A stretch of DNA of 63,667 bases, the filler included. It is 8 parts of 8 records of this genome, joined end to end, with 100 filler letters (N's around TTAATTAATTAA, not from the genome) between each part and the next. Parts side by side here need not be neighbours in the genome. Positions count along the whole stretch, not along the records: positions 31,073 to 46,532 come from DRR723986_7645; 7 more parts are not named here. One strand, written 5' to 3'. Shown here piece by piece: positions 31,073-43,287 of this stretch. The first letter of the stretch is position 1; the number at the start of each line of letters is the position of its first letter. The notes under the pieces are model-generated. The model had not been told where the DNA came from. It made no database searches and was given only the letters and a program-made list of their open reading frames with translations. Both the position numbers and the translations under genes were made by a program.

Positions 31073-31095
31073 GGTCGAGCCCTAAGGGCTCGACC
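31073..31095. repeat. Perfect hairpin, REP-like
   Basis: GGTCGAGCCC-TAA-GGGCTCGACC at the contig start; core recurs at 63655..63667. Confidence 0.6.
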
Positions 31096-31635
31096 CTGTT
31101 GTCAAAAATTCGATCTGCAAGTTTTGAAGCTATTTTCCAGAAATTTCGCCCGGTGAATAAAAACCACGTCCCACTGAGCGCTTTTGCCTTGGTTCTTTGA
31201 GTCCGCCCACAGCTCTCAGCCCTTAGCGCCGAAGTCGAGACAAAAGACCAAAAACCACATAACATTCAGTTCGCCTACTCCAACTATCTGCGTCTAAAAT
31301 CTCGCCAATATTCGTCTGAATTCGGCGCGGATCCAGAATCCTCGAATTTCCTGCGACGAAAAACTCCATGATTCCACAACGGCAAACAATTCCTCGAACC
31401 CGAAACGGATCCAGAATCCATGAAGCCGGAGCCTTGACGCCTGCGGCTTCATGACCGCCGCAACCCCAGCCTCCAAGCCTCCAAACAAGCCCAAACACTC
31501 CAGCCTTCAAACCCAGTGCAAAACAGAAAAAATCAGCAAGCCATGCAGAGCAGGGCGAAGCGCGCAAGCCTCAAGTCAAAAACCACTTAACAGCCGAGTC
31601 AGTTAACACCTGAGGCAAAACTCAAAACCACAAGA

Positions 31636-32874
31636 CTAAAACTGCAGATCCGCAGACTCAAAACAGCGTGTTAAATCCTCAAAAGTCTCGCGCCGACGAA
31701 TCAAATGCGGCGCGCCGTCATGCAGCAGAACTTCCGCAGGACGCAAACGTGAATTGTAATTGCTTGCCATCGAAATGCCATAAGCGCCGGCATTGTGGAA
31801 CGCCAGGATATCACCTTCGCGCACTTCATTAACATTGCGGTCCAGACCAAATGTATCCGTCTCGCAGATATACCCCACAATAGTGTAGATGCGCGGCGCA
31901 CCTTCCGGGTTGGAGACATTTACAATGTGATGATATGAATCGTAAAACATCGGACGCAGCAAATGATTCATGCCCGAGTTAACACCGGCAAACACGGCGG
32001 CCGTCGTCTGTTTAACAACGTTGGCTTCCACCAGAAAAGTCCCGGCTTCACTTACCAGGTACTTGCCCGGCTCAAACCACAACTCAACATCGCGACCGTA
32101 GCGCTCGCAAAACTCATTAAACAAAGGTGTTAAGCGCTCGCCCAGCTCCGCCACGTTGGTCGTGACGTCACCCTCGCGATACGCAACCTTAAAGCCGCTG
32201 CCAAAGTCCACAAAATCGAGCTTGGGGAAACTTTCAGCGTATTCAAACAGTACTTCGGCAGCACTCACAAAGGAGTCGATCGAGAGAATGTCCGAGCCCG
32301 TGTGCATGTGAATGCCGTTAACGTGAATGCCATGGCTATCGACAATCCGGTGCACATGCCGCATCTGGTGAATCGAAATTCCAAACTTGGAGTCGATGTG
32401 TCCCACGGAAATATTGGGGTTGGCGCCCGCCATAATGTGCGGATTGATCCGAATACAAACCGGCACCTTGCCACCATACTCGTCGCCAAATCGCTCCAAC
32501 GCTGGGATATTGTCCACGTTAACATGTACACCCAGCTCCACGGCCTGGCGTATCTCCTCAAATGCCACACAATTGGGCGTGAACAGAATCGCCTGCGGCT
32601 CAAATCCGGCTTCGAGTGCCAAATGCACTTCCTGGATGGAAACCGTGTCAACACCCGCGCCCAACGAACGCAGAAAACGTAGTACCGCGGGATTTGTCAG
32701 CGCCTTACAGGCGTACTTGACCGAAAGACGTGTACCGCTGAAGGCCTTGGTGAGCGTTTCATAACGCTCGCGCATCTTGGCTGTGTCATAGACATATAAA
32801 GGTGTCGAAAACCTGGCGCATAAGTCGAGTACATCACATCCGCCAATCTGGTAGCGGCCATCGATCAATTCCAT
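31636..32874 (-). CDS. lysA: Diaminopimelate decarboxylase
   Basis: TPLYVYD, YACKAL (PLP Lys), SKFGI, HMHTGS, EPGKYLV, GYICETD, GAYG.SMASNYNSR; alternative TTG start at 32895. Confidence 0.93.
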   Translation of the reverse strand: MELIDGRYQIGGCDVLDLCARFSTPLYVYDTAKMRERYETLTKAFSGTRLSVKYACKALTNPAVLRFLRSLGAGVDTVSIQEVHLALEAGFEPQAILFTPNCVAFEEIRQAVELGVHVNVDNIPALERFGDEYGGKVPVCIRINPHIMAGANPNISVGHIDSKFGISIHQMRHVHRIVDSHGIHVNGIHMHTGSDILSIDSFVSAAEVLFEYAESFPKLDFVDFGSGFKVAYREGDVTTNVAELGERLTPLFNEFCERYGRDVELWFEPGKYLVSEAGTFLVEANVVKQTTAAVFAGVNSGMNHLLRPMFYDSYHHIVNVSNPEGAPRIYTIVGYICETDTFGLDRNVNEVREGDILAFHNAGAYGISMASNYNSRLRPAEVLLHDGAPHLIRRRETFEDLTRCFESADLQF

Positions 32875-33262
32875 TACCAATCCCTGTTCAATCAAACGTG
32901 CAACAAAATCAGACTACAAATGTACAAAAAGCGCCCGCCTTGCGCGCTACGAACTCGTCAAAGGTCACCAACATAGATGCGCGACCGCCAAATTCAGGGC
33001 ACAAAACCGTCCCCATTTTGTGGCCATCAATCAAGGGTGGAGGCGCTGCAATCCTGACTTGAAGTCTCCGCGGCACAGTGCCCAGGCAGGCCCCTTAGCA
33101 CAAAAACAGCGGCGCAGTACATTTGCCTGAAACATTGACAGCACTTTGCCATAAATATGCCGAAACACAATCCATGTAATAGACTGTGTATTTTATCGTA
33201 TGAATCTGTAATTTTGCAGGCTGAAGAACATTATCCGTCCGTCTCCCGTGGAGTGATCAGGT

Positions 33263-34246
<984 letters not shown>

Positions 34247-34249
34247 TCA

Positions 34250-35125
34250 ATGCAAACCGCCGACCTCATAAAAAAAGTCCGCAAGATTGAAATCAAGACC
34301 CGCGGACTTACCAGTCAGGTGTTTTCCGGTGAATACCATAGTGCGTTTAAAGGACGCGGTATGGCATTTAGCGAGGTGCGCGAATACCAACATGGCGACG
34401 ACATCCGTACGATCGACTGGAACGTAACGGCGCGCTTCGGCACACCATATGTTAAAATCTTTGAAGAAGAGCGTGAGTTAACCGTCATGCTCCTGGTGGA
34501 CGTCAGCCACTCCGAACGTTTTGGCACACGCAAACAACTCAAGAGTGACCTGGTCACGGAGTTAAGTGCCGTGCTCGCGTTTGCCGCGATTCAGAATAAC
34601 GACAAGATTGGCGTTATTTTCTTTTCCGACCGCGTAGAACAGTTTATTCCGCCTAAAAAAGGGCGTACACATATCTTGCGCATTATTCGTGAGATGCTGG
34701 AGATTAAACCCGAAGGTCGCGGGACGGACATCGCTGCGGCGCTGCAGTTTTTCAGCAATGTTGTTAAAAAGCGCAGCATTGCCTTTTTGCTTTCCGACTT
34801 TATGGATAAGCAATACGAGAGCGCCATGCGTATCGCTTCAAAAAAACACGACCTGGTAGCTCTGCGCGTGTACGATCCCGGCGAAGCTGGATTGCCGTCG
34901 CTGGGCCTGGTGCGATTTTACGATCAGGAACTGGAGCGCGAAGTCTGGTTGGACACATCTAACAAAAAGGCGCTGGCGCATTACCGTGCCTGGTGGCTCA
35001 AGCGCGACGCACATATTAAACAAACATTCCGCAGCTCGGGCGTGGACAACGTTACGATCCGCACCGACCAGTCATATGTTAAACCCCTGATGAACTTTTT
35101 CCGCAGTCGCGAGCGTGCCCGTTAA
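34250..35125 (+). CDS. DUF58 / vWA-like MoxR partner
   Basis: FKGRGMAFSEVREYQHGDDIRTIDWNVTAR, FEEEREL, DVSHS. Confidence 0.92.
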   Translation: MQTADLIKKVRKIEIKTRGLTSQVFSGEYHSAFKGRGMAFSEVREYQHGDDIRTIDWNVTARFGTPYVKIFEEERELTVMLLVDVSHSERFGTRKQLKSDLVTELSAVLAFAAIQNNDKIGVIFFSDRVEQFIPPKKGRTHILRIIREMLEIKPEGRGTDIAAALQFFSNVVKKRSIAFLLSDFMDKQYESAMRIASKKHDLVALRVYDPGEAGLPSLGLVRFYDQELEREVWLDTSNKKALAHYRAWWLKRDAHIKQTFRSSGVDNVTIRTDQSYVKPLMNFFRSRERAR

Positions 35126-36565
35126 ATGAAAACTTTCGGCAAAACATATCGTTCCGGCTTAACAAAAGCAATTACAACTGCCACCTTGGGCTTGATTTTT
35201 TTGTTTGTGACGCTTGCCGCCGCACCAGAGGTGCACGCGCAAGCTGCGGTCAAAATTTCAACGTCGCTGGGTGAAGACGCCAAGAGCGACAGCCTCTATA
35301 TCGGTGATCCATTTACCGTCACAGTCGAAGTTTACCACAGCGCCGGCGATGTTGTTAAGTGGCCGAGCGTCACACCTACAATGCCCTTGCGCGAAGGTGA
35401 ACGCCGAGCGGATGCCGTGCTTGAAATTCTGGACCGCTCGGAAACTGACAGTATTTTTACCGACGACGGCACGGTTATAGTTCTGCGCACCTTTGCCGCA
35501 ACCGTTTTTGACGCCGGCGAATTTACGATTCCGACCTGGAAATTCAGCCTGTTAACTGCAGGCGCGGATGAAGCGCAGGAACTGCGCAGCCAGCCGGTGC
35601 GCCTCACAATTTATGCACCACAGCTTGACGCAGCCGATAAACCGCGTGAAATCAAGGACCCACTGGACATTCCTTTTGACTGGTGGCCGCTACTGATTGC
35701 AGCTGTGCTCGGCAGCGTTCTGATCCTGGCCGCAATTTTTGTCTGGCTACGATTGCGCAAACGTCAGGCCGCCCCCGTTGAAGAACCTGAAGTTCCGCGA
35801 CTGATAGCGCCGGCCGATAAGACCGCACTTAACGCTCTCCGCGCACTTGAAAAAGAAGAACTGTGGCAGAACGGACATGTTAAACAATATTATACACGCA
35901 TCAGTGAAATCCTGCGCGTCTACCTGGAAGAACAGTTCGGCATGACGGCGCTGGAGTCTACCAGCGATGAAATCCTGGAACAGCTCAGCCATATCCTGAT
36001 GCGCTCCAGCGAACCGTTTAAGAGCCTGCGCAACACGATTCAGATGGCGGACCTGGTGAAGTTCGCGCGCACAATTCCGACGGCGCAAGACAACGAAAAC
36101 TATCTGCGCGCCGCTTATCTCTTTGTGGAAAACACGCGCACGGTTCAGCCGCCAGGCGACAGCGCCGCCCAGGCGACAAGTCCAAATCCGGCAGACGCCG
36201 TGGCACAAGTAACGAGCGGCTCCACAGACTCTGGAGCCGCGCAGCCGGCAGCGCCAGGCCACGCAGCTTTTGTGCCGCCCAATATGCGCGCCGACCTGAT
36301 CTCAAGCCAGAGTTCATCAGCCGCAATTCAAGAGCCAAAAAATCTCGCAGACTCAGGCCAACAAGCCGAGACGGAAACCAATCAGCCCAGTCAGCAGCAG
36401 CCAAGCCCCAAACCGCCGAATCTGAAGTGGAGCCGCGCAGACGCTGAGACTTCAGCATATGCGCCGGCCGCCAAGCCGCAATCCGCAAAAGACGAGGAAC
36501 CTGCAGCTGACCCTGAAGCCGACCCTGAAGCTGATGACGCCAACAGACCGGGAGACAAACAATGA
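35126..36565 (+). CDS. bat-locus membrane-anchored hypothetical protein with a low-complexity C-tail
   Basis: Signal peptide, EIKDP + TM helix, YYTRISEILRVYLE...ALESTSDE...ADLVKFA; typical position between DUF58 and batA. Confidence 0.8.
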   Translation: MKTFGKTYRSGLTKAITTATLGLIFLFVTLAAAPEVHAQAAVKISTSLGEDAKSDSLYIGDPFTVTVEVYHSAGDVVKWPSVTPTMPLREGERRADAVLEILDRSETDSIFTDDGTVIVLRTFAATVFDAGEFTIPTWKFSLLTAGADEAQELRSQPVRLTIYAPQLDAADKPREIKDPLDIPFDWWPLLIAAVLGSVLILAAIFVWLRLRKRQAAPVEEPEVPRLIAPADKTALNALRALEKEELWQNGHVKQYYTRISEILRVYLEEQFGMTALESTSDEILEQLSHILMRSSEPFKSLRNTIQMADLVKFARTIPTAQDNENYLRAAYLFVENTRTVQPPGDSAAQATSPNPADAVAQVTSGSTDSGAAQPAAPGHAAFVPPNMRADLISSQSSSAAIQEPKNLADSGQQAETETNQPSQQQPSPKPPNLKWSRADAETSAYAPAAKPQSAKDEEPAADPEADPEADDANRPGDKQ

Positions 36566-37605
36566 TTGAACAGTTACTGTTGCTGTTTGATTCGACCTGG
36601 TATGCGCGGCTCGAATTTATCACCCCCGAAGCTTTTGCGCTCCTGGCGCTCCTGCCAACCCTGGCACTGTGGTGGTGGTTTCGGCGTGCACGGCGCAATC
36701 CAGCGCTGAGCCTCTCAACCCTGGACGGCATCGAGGGCGCGCCACGCAGCCTGCGGCAGCGCCTGATCTGGCTGCCGGGAGCATTGCGGCTTTTGGCGCT
36801 GGGCCTGATCATTGTGGCCCTGGCGCGTCCGCAGAGTTCAGTCAGCTCAGAAAACATTGACACCGAAGGGATTGACATTGTAATTGCGATCGACGTCTCT
36901 CAGAGTATGGAGGCGATGGACTTTACGCCGAACCGTCTGGAAGCCGCTAAGGAAACAGCGGCGGAGTTTGTGGATGAACGGCCCAACGACCGCATTGGCG
37001 TTGTAGCATTTGGCGCGCAGGCTTACACTCAATGTCCAATCACCACAGATCACAGCGTGGTGCAATCGAACTTAAAAGCTGTGCGCCTGGGGCGTGACGC
37101 AATCGGCACACGCACGGCGATCGGCATGGGACTGGCGACTTCGGTTAGCAGGCTCAAGGACTCCGAGGCTGAAAGCCGCATCGTGATTCTGATGACTGAC
37201 GGCGTTAACACCGCCGGCTCAATTGCACCGATCACGGCGGCGGAGCTGGCAAACACATTTGGCGTGCGCGTGTATACAATTGGCGTGGGCACGCAGGGAC
37301 AAGCCCGAATCCCACTGCGCTCAAACACTGGCCAGATCATCCGCTACCAGATGACAGAAGTTGAGATCGACGAAGATGTACTGCGCGAAATCGCGGAGAT
37401 GACAGACGGGCGCTACTTCCGCGCAACCGACAATACGAGCCTGGAAAAAATTTATACCGAGATTGATAATCTGGAAAAAACGCGGATAGAAATCACCCAG
37501 TTCCGCAATATCAGCGAAGAGTTTTTTCCGTTTATTTTACTGGCCGGCCTCCTGTTATTCACTGAAGTATTCCTGCGTTTAAGTGTCCTGCGGCCGGCGA
37601 TTTAG
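36562..37605 (+). CDS. batA: vWA domain protein BatA
   Basis: N-terminal TMs, ALARPQ, MIDAS DVSQSM, TAIGMGL, MTDG, GRYFRATD. Confidence 0.92.
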   Translation: MIEQLLLLFDSTWYARLEFITPEAFALLALLPTLALWWWFRRARRNPALSLSTLDGIEGAPRSLRQRLIWLPGALRLLALGLIIVALARPQSSVSSENIDTEGIDIVIAIDVSQSMEAMDFTPNRLEAAKETAAEFVDERPNDRIGVVAFGAQAYTQCPITTDHSVVQSNLKAVRLGRDAIGTRTAIGMGLATSVSRLKDSEAESRIVILMTDGVNTAGSIAPITAAELANTFGVRVYTIGVGTQGQARIPLRSNTGQIIRYQMTEVEIDEDVLREIAEMTDGRYFRATDNTSLEKIYTEIDNLEKTRIEITQFRNISEEFFPFILLAGLLLFTEVFLRLSVLRPAI

Positions 37606-38160
37606 GGTTTGGCATATGCGCCGCAGCGGCGCGCCCCTGCATCTTTGTTGACTTGGGTTCTGAGTGTCGTTCCTGTGGTTAAGAGGCTGGGGGCTAAGAC
37701 TGTACGGTTTAATGTTTGGAGAATCATTGACAAAATAGACTCGATGATTCAGTGACTTCTGGATTTTGATACAGAGACTAACAAAAGCAAAAAGCCAGCC
37801 GCCCCACCTCAAATAACCGAAGCTCAGCCATCCGCGCCTCCACTGCGGCGCAGTGCTCAGACCACCCCTGACGGCGATTTCACCATTAAAATGCTGCCTC
37901 TCCAGCCCTGATCCCGTTGCGTAATTTTATAGTAATAGTTGCGCAATGATCCGACGGCCCATGTTCCGTAGCTTGGCTTTTGTCCAGTCTATCCATGATT
38001 TGTGCCATCTGGTGAGGACCGTTTTCCGCCGATTTTTTTTCGCGAAGCTATCACAATGTTGCGGCACAGGCATGAGACCTGAGGTGGGCATGGCACACAA
38101 ACTTTGGTCCTGGAAGTCGATTCTCAGGCAATCACACTTTAATCAATTTGGATCCGCAAA

Positions 38161-41100
38161 ATGGCACGACAATCCTTCCGGAAATTACTGCTGGCTCTGT
38201 TATTTGGAGTCTTTAACGTTGCGAGCATGCTTGGCGCGAATGTGTTCTGGGATAACGCCGTGAGTGGCGATTGGGACGACGCGACCAAATGGACCGGCGG
38301 AGTAGTTCCGCAAGCCGGTGATGACGTTTTTATCAATGTGGCGGGGACTTATACCGTTACACTTGACGATGCAAACCGCGAGGTTAACAGCCTGACGGTC
38401 GGTGGAGCAAGCGGCACACAGACTTTGTCGATTGTAAGCCGCACTTTAACTTTAAACGCAGCCAGTGAAATTGGCGCAAATGGCATTTTACAGCTGCGTA
38501 ACTCGACGATAACAGGCACTGGAACGCTGGACCTTAAGGGCCGCACACGCATATTACAAACCTGCACGATTGGCCTGGACGCGACCAATTTTGTGGGCGC
38601 GGATATTAAAGTTGAGGGCTCCTTAAATGGCGATGCCAATTTGCGGGTGGATGGTGAATTTAACAATCGCGGCTCCATCCTGCTCATAAATTCACACCCT
38701 TCAATTGGACGTGCCGCGCGCCTGACTGTCCGCAACGGCGAGTCACTGGAAAATGCAACCGGTGCAACTATCTCAATCGCCCAAGGCACAGTCATCGGTA
38801 CGCGCCAGCTAACAATTGAAAACAATGCAACGTTTCGCAATTTTGGAACAGTTAACGTTGCACAATTCTTAACGTGCGAACCGGCTGACAACAGCATCTT
38901 TGAAAACCGCGGAACGGTAAATGTAACCGGCGCGAGCTTGGTCTGCAATCAGAATGCAACATCGGAAATCATTAACCGTGGCACATGTAATATCGGCGCG
39001 GGATTTAGGCTGCAGATTACCGGTGGACGTTTAGAGCAGCAAGGTGGAACATATGGCGGCGACGGCTTGCTTACACTGATTTCACTTACGATCAACGGTA
39101 ATTCCAGCTTTGAACCAGACACAGACTGCAGCCTGCGCAGCTGCACGGTGAATGTTGCCGCGGAAGTCACGCAGTTAATGAACGTGATTAACACGAATAA
39201 TTTCCATCAGCCGCTGCAGGTTGCGACCGCGGCCACATTGCAAATACTAGGCGGGCTAAGTGGTGGTGCCGAATTACGGCTTCACAATCGTTGTGATAAT
39301 TTTGGCACACTCAAGCTAAGCAATGAACACCCAACTATTGCGCGCACAGCCGGCGTAAGACTGAATAATGCAAGTGCATTTTTTAACAATGCAACGGGTG
39401 CAAACATTCAGATTCTGAGCGGAACAACAGGTGGAAGCCGCAATATCATCACAAACACCGGCTCTAGATTCGAAAATCACGCGACGATAAATGCCAACAT
39501 CTTCTATCTAATTGACAACAATGGCACAGGCGAATTTGTTAATGCGGGTACAATCGATGCAACTTTGGCGAACGTTTCAGTTCAAAACGACGCCGGCGCT
39601 GATTTTGTCAATCGCGGCACACTCAATGTAACTCCGGCCGGACAATTCTTTGCAAGCAACGGCCAGTTCATTCAGGAAAATGGAGTATTCACCGGAACTG
39701 GATTACTTATTTTTGAATTCATGACGTTCAATGGTAGTAGCGAATTAGTTAACAACCAGGATATTCGGGTGCGCTCAAGCACATTTAACATCGATTTCAA
39801 CAATCGAGGCCTGGCGCTGCTTCGCGGTACTACCATATTTAATGGGCTTTTCCTGAATGACAACAATGCGCGCGCATTAATCCAGGCGAGTACGACAGGT
39901 GACAGCGACCTTCGTATCGAAGATCGCGGAATCAACCGCGGGCAGTTGATCGCCGAAAACAATCACCCAACCCTGGCACGGACCGCGCGCCTGCGTCTGC
40001 AGTCCGGACATCGCTTCACAAATGCCACTAATGCAACACTTGCATTTCAAATTGGTACAAACGGCGGCAATCGCGAACTCATCGTCCAGAACAACGCCCA
40101 ATTCCGCAATTTTGGCAACATCATTAACAATCAGAACTACACGATCGATTTAGCCTCTGGTGAGTTTCAGAACCATGCAAACCTGACATTAACAAGTGCG
40201 ACGGTAACGATCGTGCAGGCCGGAACTTCGGAGTTTACCAATGCAGGCGTGATTGCCGTAGCCACGGGACTGACCTTAACTGTCAACAACGGTTCGCTGG
40301 GAAGCAGCGGCGGACGCATTGAAGGCGGGGGCCTACTTTCACTGAGTTTTGCGGATCTTGAAGGTGACAAGTTCATTACAAATATCAGGACCAACCTGCG
40401 CTCCAGTGATATTAACGTTGACTACGAGAACAGGTTAACAACCAACCTGCACGGCACGAACGAATTCAACAAGGAATTAATTAACGGCACCGGCGCCACA
40501 CTGAATTTAGAAGGCAACCTGCTTGCCGGCTTGTCGACTCTGCGCATCAACCGCCGGCTTACAAACTTCGGTTTAATCAGATTTACGAACAGTCATCCAA
40601 CACTTGCACGCAATGCAACACTTTTGATGAATGCCAGTAGTGACGCACTAATTAACAGCAGCGGCGCAAGTATTGTCTTCTTGAATGGCAGCCAGGGTGG
40701 AGCGCGCGAAATCACATTGAGTCCGGGCACGCTTCTACGCAATTTTGGCTCATTCACTTCTGATGTGTTCGCCGGCATCAACAATAATGGCGGAATATTT
40801 GATAACCGCGGTCAGATAATACTAACGTCTGCAAATTTCACTGTCGACCAACCTGTGGTCGGGGCACGAACCATAAACTCTGGTCAGATAACGATTAGTC
40901 CGGGGCAGCGCTTTAACTGTGACGACCAGATATTTGAGCATGCCGGCGGCCTTGTTCAGGGTGGTGGTGAGTTCCATATGCTTTTTGGCACTCTGCAAGG
41001 TGCGGGCACCTTTACTATTGAAACGCCGACGGTACTCCGGTCCGCCGATTCGGAGTTGCCCATCAAGAACACCTCGACTTTACATGTACGTGGCACCGTA

Positions 41101-42972
41101 AACCTGCAGGAAAATTTCGAGAATGCGACTGCCGCGACTGTTAAGGTCGAGGCCAACGACATTCCTGGAACAAGCCGGATGGTGGTACATGCCACGTTAA
41201 CAAATTTTGGACTGCTCGACCTGTTTAACTCACATACCATTGCACGCGAGTCTTCGATCGACATCAAGGACGAATTGCGTTCAATGACGAATGCCACGAT
41301 TCAGTTTCGACGCGGCCAGTCCGGCGGCGCACGCAAAGTCGCAGTTGATGCCGCTGCTGAGTTTTTGAATTTTGGAGACATTAAAGCTGCGACTGCAGGG
41401 ACAATCGAGAATTCAGACGGGCTATTTATTAACCATGGCCAACTAGAGGTGACAGGCGCTTCGCTATCGATAGACCAATCTGCCACAGGCGAATACCGCT
41501 TTGGCGGCCAGGCTGACATCCATACCGGCAACTCGCTCACAGTAAACGATGGAATTTTAGAGTTAAACAACCAGCAGGTAACCGGTGGCGGCTTGCTTAA
41601 TCTCCACGATCTGGACCTGGAAGGCATCGGCGCTTTTGACGTCGTCACACACACACGCATCCGCGACTGTGATGTTAATGTAGCCATCAACAACTCCGCA
41701 CAACTTGAGTTACGCGGCGACACATTCCTGGGACTCTTTGTTGAGAATGCAACTGATGCGACAATTGCCGTCGAAAGCACAACGGAAGACCTCACGGCAA
41801 AAATCAGGATTGAGGCCGGAATGTTAAATCGTGGCCAGTTGATCATGGATAATCTTAATGCCGGCGTATTCTTCACAACGGAAATTATTGTTGAAGACGG
41901 CGAAACCTTTGAAAATGCAACTGGATCGTCGCTCGACATTTTAAGCACCTTCGGCTTGTTGCGGCAGATTGATTTAAGCCAATCGGGCTCCTTACACGTT
42001 TTTGGTGATTTGTTTGTGGCGACCGGTGCTCAACTGTCGGTGTTCGGCGGCGGCCAGGTTAACACATTGATTGGCACAACGGCTTCGGCCGGACCGCCGG
42101 CTACAATTAGCGGGCATGGAACCCTGGATCTTGATTTGGGCGGCACGCAATTTTTTGGCGCCGTGACTCCCGGCAACTCACCGGGTGCGCTCGACTGGGC
42201 AGGCGACTTCACACTGCGCAATCAACGCTCGGTGTTTGAAGTTGAAATCGGCGGCAGCACACCTGGTGTCGATCACGACCAGTTTAACATCAGCGGCGTG
42301 GCGCGTTTTGACAATCTTGGAATTTTGGACATTCGTTTAATTAACGACTTTGTGCCCCAAGTCGGTGAAGAGTTTGTGATTATGACCTATTCACAAGCAG
42401 TCGGCCGTTTCGCTGAAATCCGTGGCCTTGACCTCGGCAACGGCGATATCCTGACGGCCGATTACCGCTCGGACAAACTGGTCCTGTTTGTAGCGACTGA
42501 AACATTTATTGACGTCGATATTTACATGTACGGCCTGTGGAACGGCACAAGCCACAAACGCTCTGCCGCAATTGTTGAACTTCGCGAAGGCGCGGACCTG
42601 GCAAGCTCGGTATTAACAAGTCGCACGAGTGGACTGATCGGCACGGACGCCAGAGTGCGTGGCGGATTTGAGGATATCCAGACTGGTGACTATTGGGTGA
42701 TTGTGCGCCACGGTGGCAACTTCTCGGTCGCCTCAGCTACACGCATCTCAATTAACCAGGGTGAAATTAACCTCGTGGACTTCACGGATGCGGCCAATGT
42801 TGTTAACGGCGACACCGGAATGACGACGATTCTGTTAAACGGAACCAACTACGATGTTGTCCGTACCGGAGACTTCAACTCCGATCTTAGTGTCTCGGCC
42901 GACGACTTCATTCAGTTCTTCATTCCCAACTTTGGCACGGTTAATCCCGGGCAGGTGCCACCCTTGGATTGA
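38161..42972 (+). CDS. Secreted 1603-aa Asn/Gly/Thr-rich repeat protein (beta-helix/adhesin-like) with a C-terminal dockerin/EF-hand-like motif
   Basis: Signal peptide; W...GDW...W.GG.VP..GDDV.I start; six ~211-aa repeats; PGNSPG...EIGG.TPG..HDQ block; terminal GDFNSDLSVSADDF. Confidence 0.8.
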   Translation: MARQSFRKLLLALLFGVFNVASMLGANVFWDNAVSGDWDDATKWTGGVVPQAGDDVFINVAGTYTVTLDDANREVNSLTVGGASGTQTLSIVSRTLTLNAASEIGANGILQLRNSTITGTGTLDLKGRTRILQTCTIGLDATNFVGADIKVEGSLNGDANLRVDGEFNNRGSILLINSHPSIGRAARLTVRNGESLENATGATISIAQGTVIGTRQLTIENNATFRNFGTVNVAQFLTCEPADNSIFENRGTVNVTGASLVCNQNATSEIINRGTCNIGAGFRLQITGGRLEQQGGTYGGDGLLTLISLTINGNSSFEPDTDCSLRSCTVNVAAEVTQLMNVINTNNFHQPLQVATAATLQILGGLSGGAELRLHNRCDNFGTLKLSNEHPTIARTAGVRLNNASAFFNNATGANIQILSGTTGGSRNIITNTGSRFENHATINANIFYLIDNNGTGEFVNAGTIDATLANVSVQNDAGADFVNRGTLNVTPAGQFFASNGQFIQENGVFTGTGLLIFEFMTFNGSSELVNNQDIRVRSSTFNIDFNNRGLALLRGTTIFNGLFLNDNNARALIQASTTGDSDLRIEDRGINRGQLIAENNHPTLARTARLRLQSGHRFTNATNATLAFQIGTNGGNRELIVQNNAQFRNFGNIINNQNYTIDLASGEFQNHANLTLTSATVTIVQAGTSEFTNAGVIAVATGLTLTVNNGSLGSSGGRIEGGGLLSLSFADLEGDKFITNIRTNLRSSDINVDYENRLTTNLHGTNEFNKELINGTGATLNLEGNLLAGLSTLRINRRLTNFGLIRFTNSHPTLARNATLLMNASSDALINSSGASIVFLNGSQGGAREITLSPGTLLRNFGSFTSDVFAGINNNGGIFDNRGQIILTSANFTVDQPVVGARTINSGQITISPGQRFNCDDQIFEHAGGLVQGGGEFHMLFGTLQGAGTFTIETPTVLRSADSELPIKNTSTLHVRGTVNLQENFENATAATVKVEANDIPGTSRMVVHATLTNFGLLDLFNSHTIARESSIDIKDELRSMTNATIQFRRGQSGGARKVAVDAAAEFLNFGDIKAATAGTIENSDGLFINHGQLEVTGASLSIDQSATGEYRFGGQADIHTGNSLTVNDGILELNNQQVTGGGLLNLHDLDLEGIGAFDVVTHTRIRDCDVNVAINNSAQLELRGDTFLGLFVENATDATIAVESTTEDLTAKIRIEAGMLNRGQLIMDNLNAGVFFTTEIIVEDGETFENATGSSLDILSTFGLLRQIDLSQSGSLHVFGDLFVATGAQLSVFGGGQVNTLIGTTASAGPPATISGHGTLDLDLGGTQFFGAVTPGNSPGALDWAGDFTLRNQRSVFEVEIGGSTPGVDHDQFNISGVARFDNLGILDIRLINDFVPQVGEEFVIMTYSQAVGRFAEIRGLDLGNGDILTADYRSDKLVLFVATETFIDVDIYMYGLWNGTSHKRSAAIVELREGADLASSVLTSRTSGLIGTDARVRGGFEDIQTGDYWVIVRHGGNFSVASATRISINQGEINLVDFTDAANVVNGDTGMTTILLNGTNYDVVRTGDFNSDLSVSADDFIQFFIPNFGTVNPGQVPPLD

Positions 42973-43026
42973 CGCAGAACTACAACTGAATTTGCAATTG
43001 CATTTACAGGCGCATTCAAATATATT

Positions 43027-43060
43027 AACGGCGAGGCTCACGGTCTCGCCGTTTTTGTTT
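43027..43060 (+). terminator. Rho-independent terminator
   Basis: AACGGCGAG...CTCGCCGTT stem followed by a T-tract, ~55 nt after the stop. Confidence 0.75.
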
Positions 43061-43287
43061 GCGGTTCTTGGTTGGTCGTGATGTTGTTAACGAGTCCGGA
43101 GTGGCGCTTTGAGCTGCGGCGTTGCACTTGCATCTCAGGCTTGGTGTTTCTTCTTGTTAGTCACTGCCCCACAAGTTGGCAGCATCCAGACTCTAAAGAC
43201 TTTAAGGCTTTGGCGTTTAGGTAAGACACAAATGATTGAGACTTGGTATTTTTCTCCGGCCACACTAAACGCCTTAAACAAATAGTC

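Noticed and set aside
32896-33260. Lysine riboswitch upstream of lysA
   Set aside because: No recognisable conserved elements by eye; would need an Rfam search
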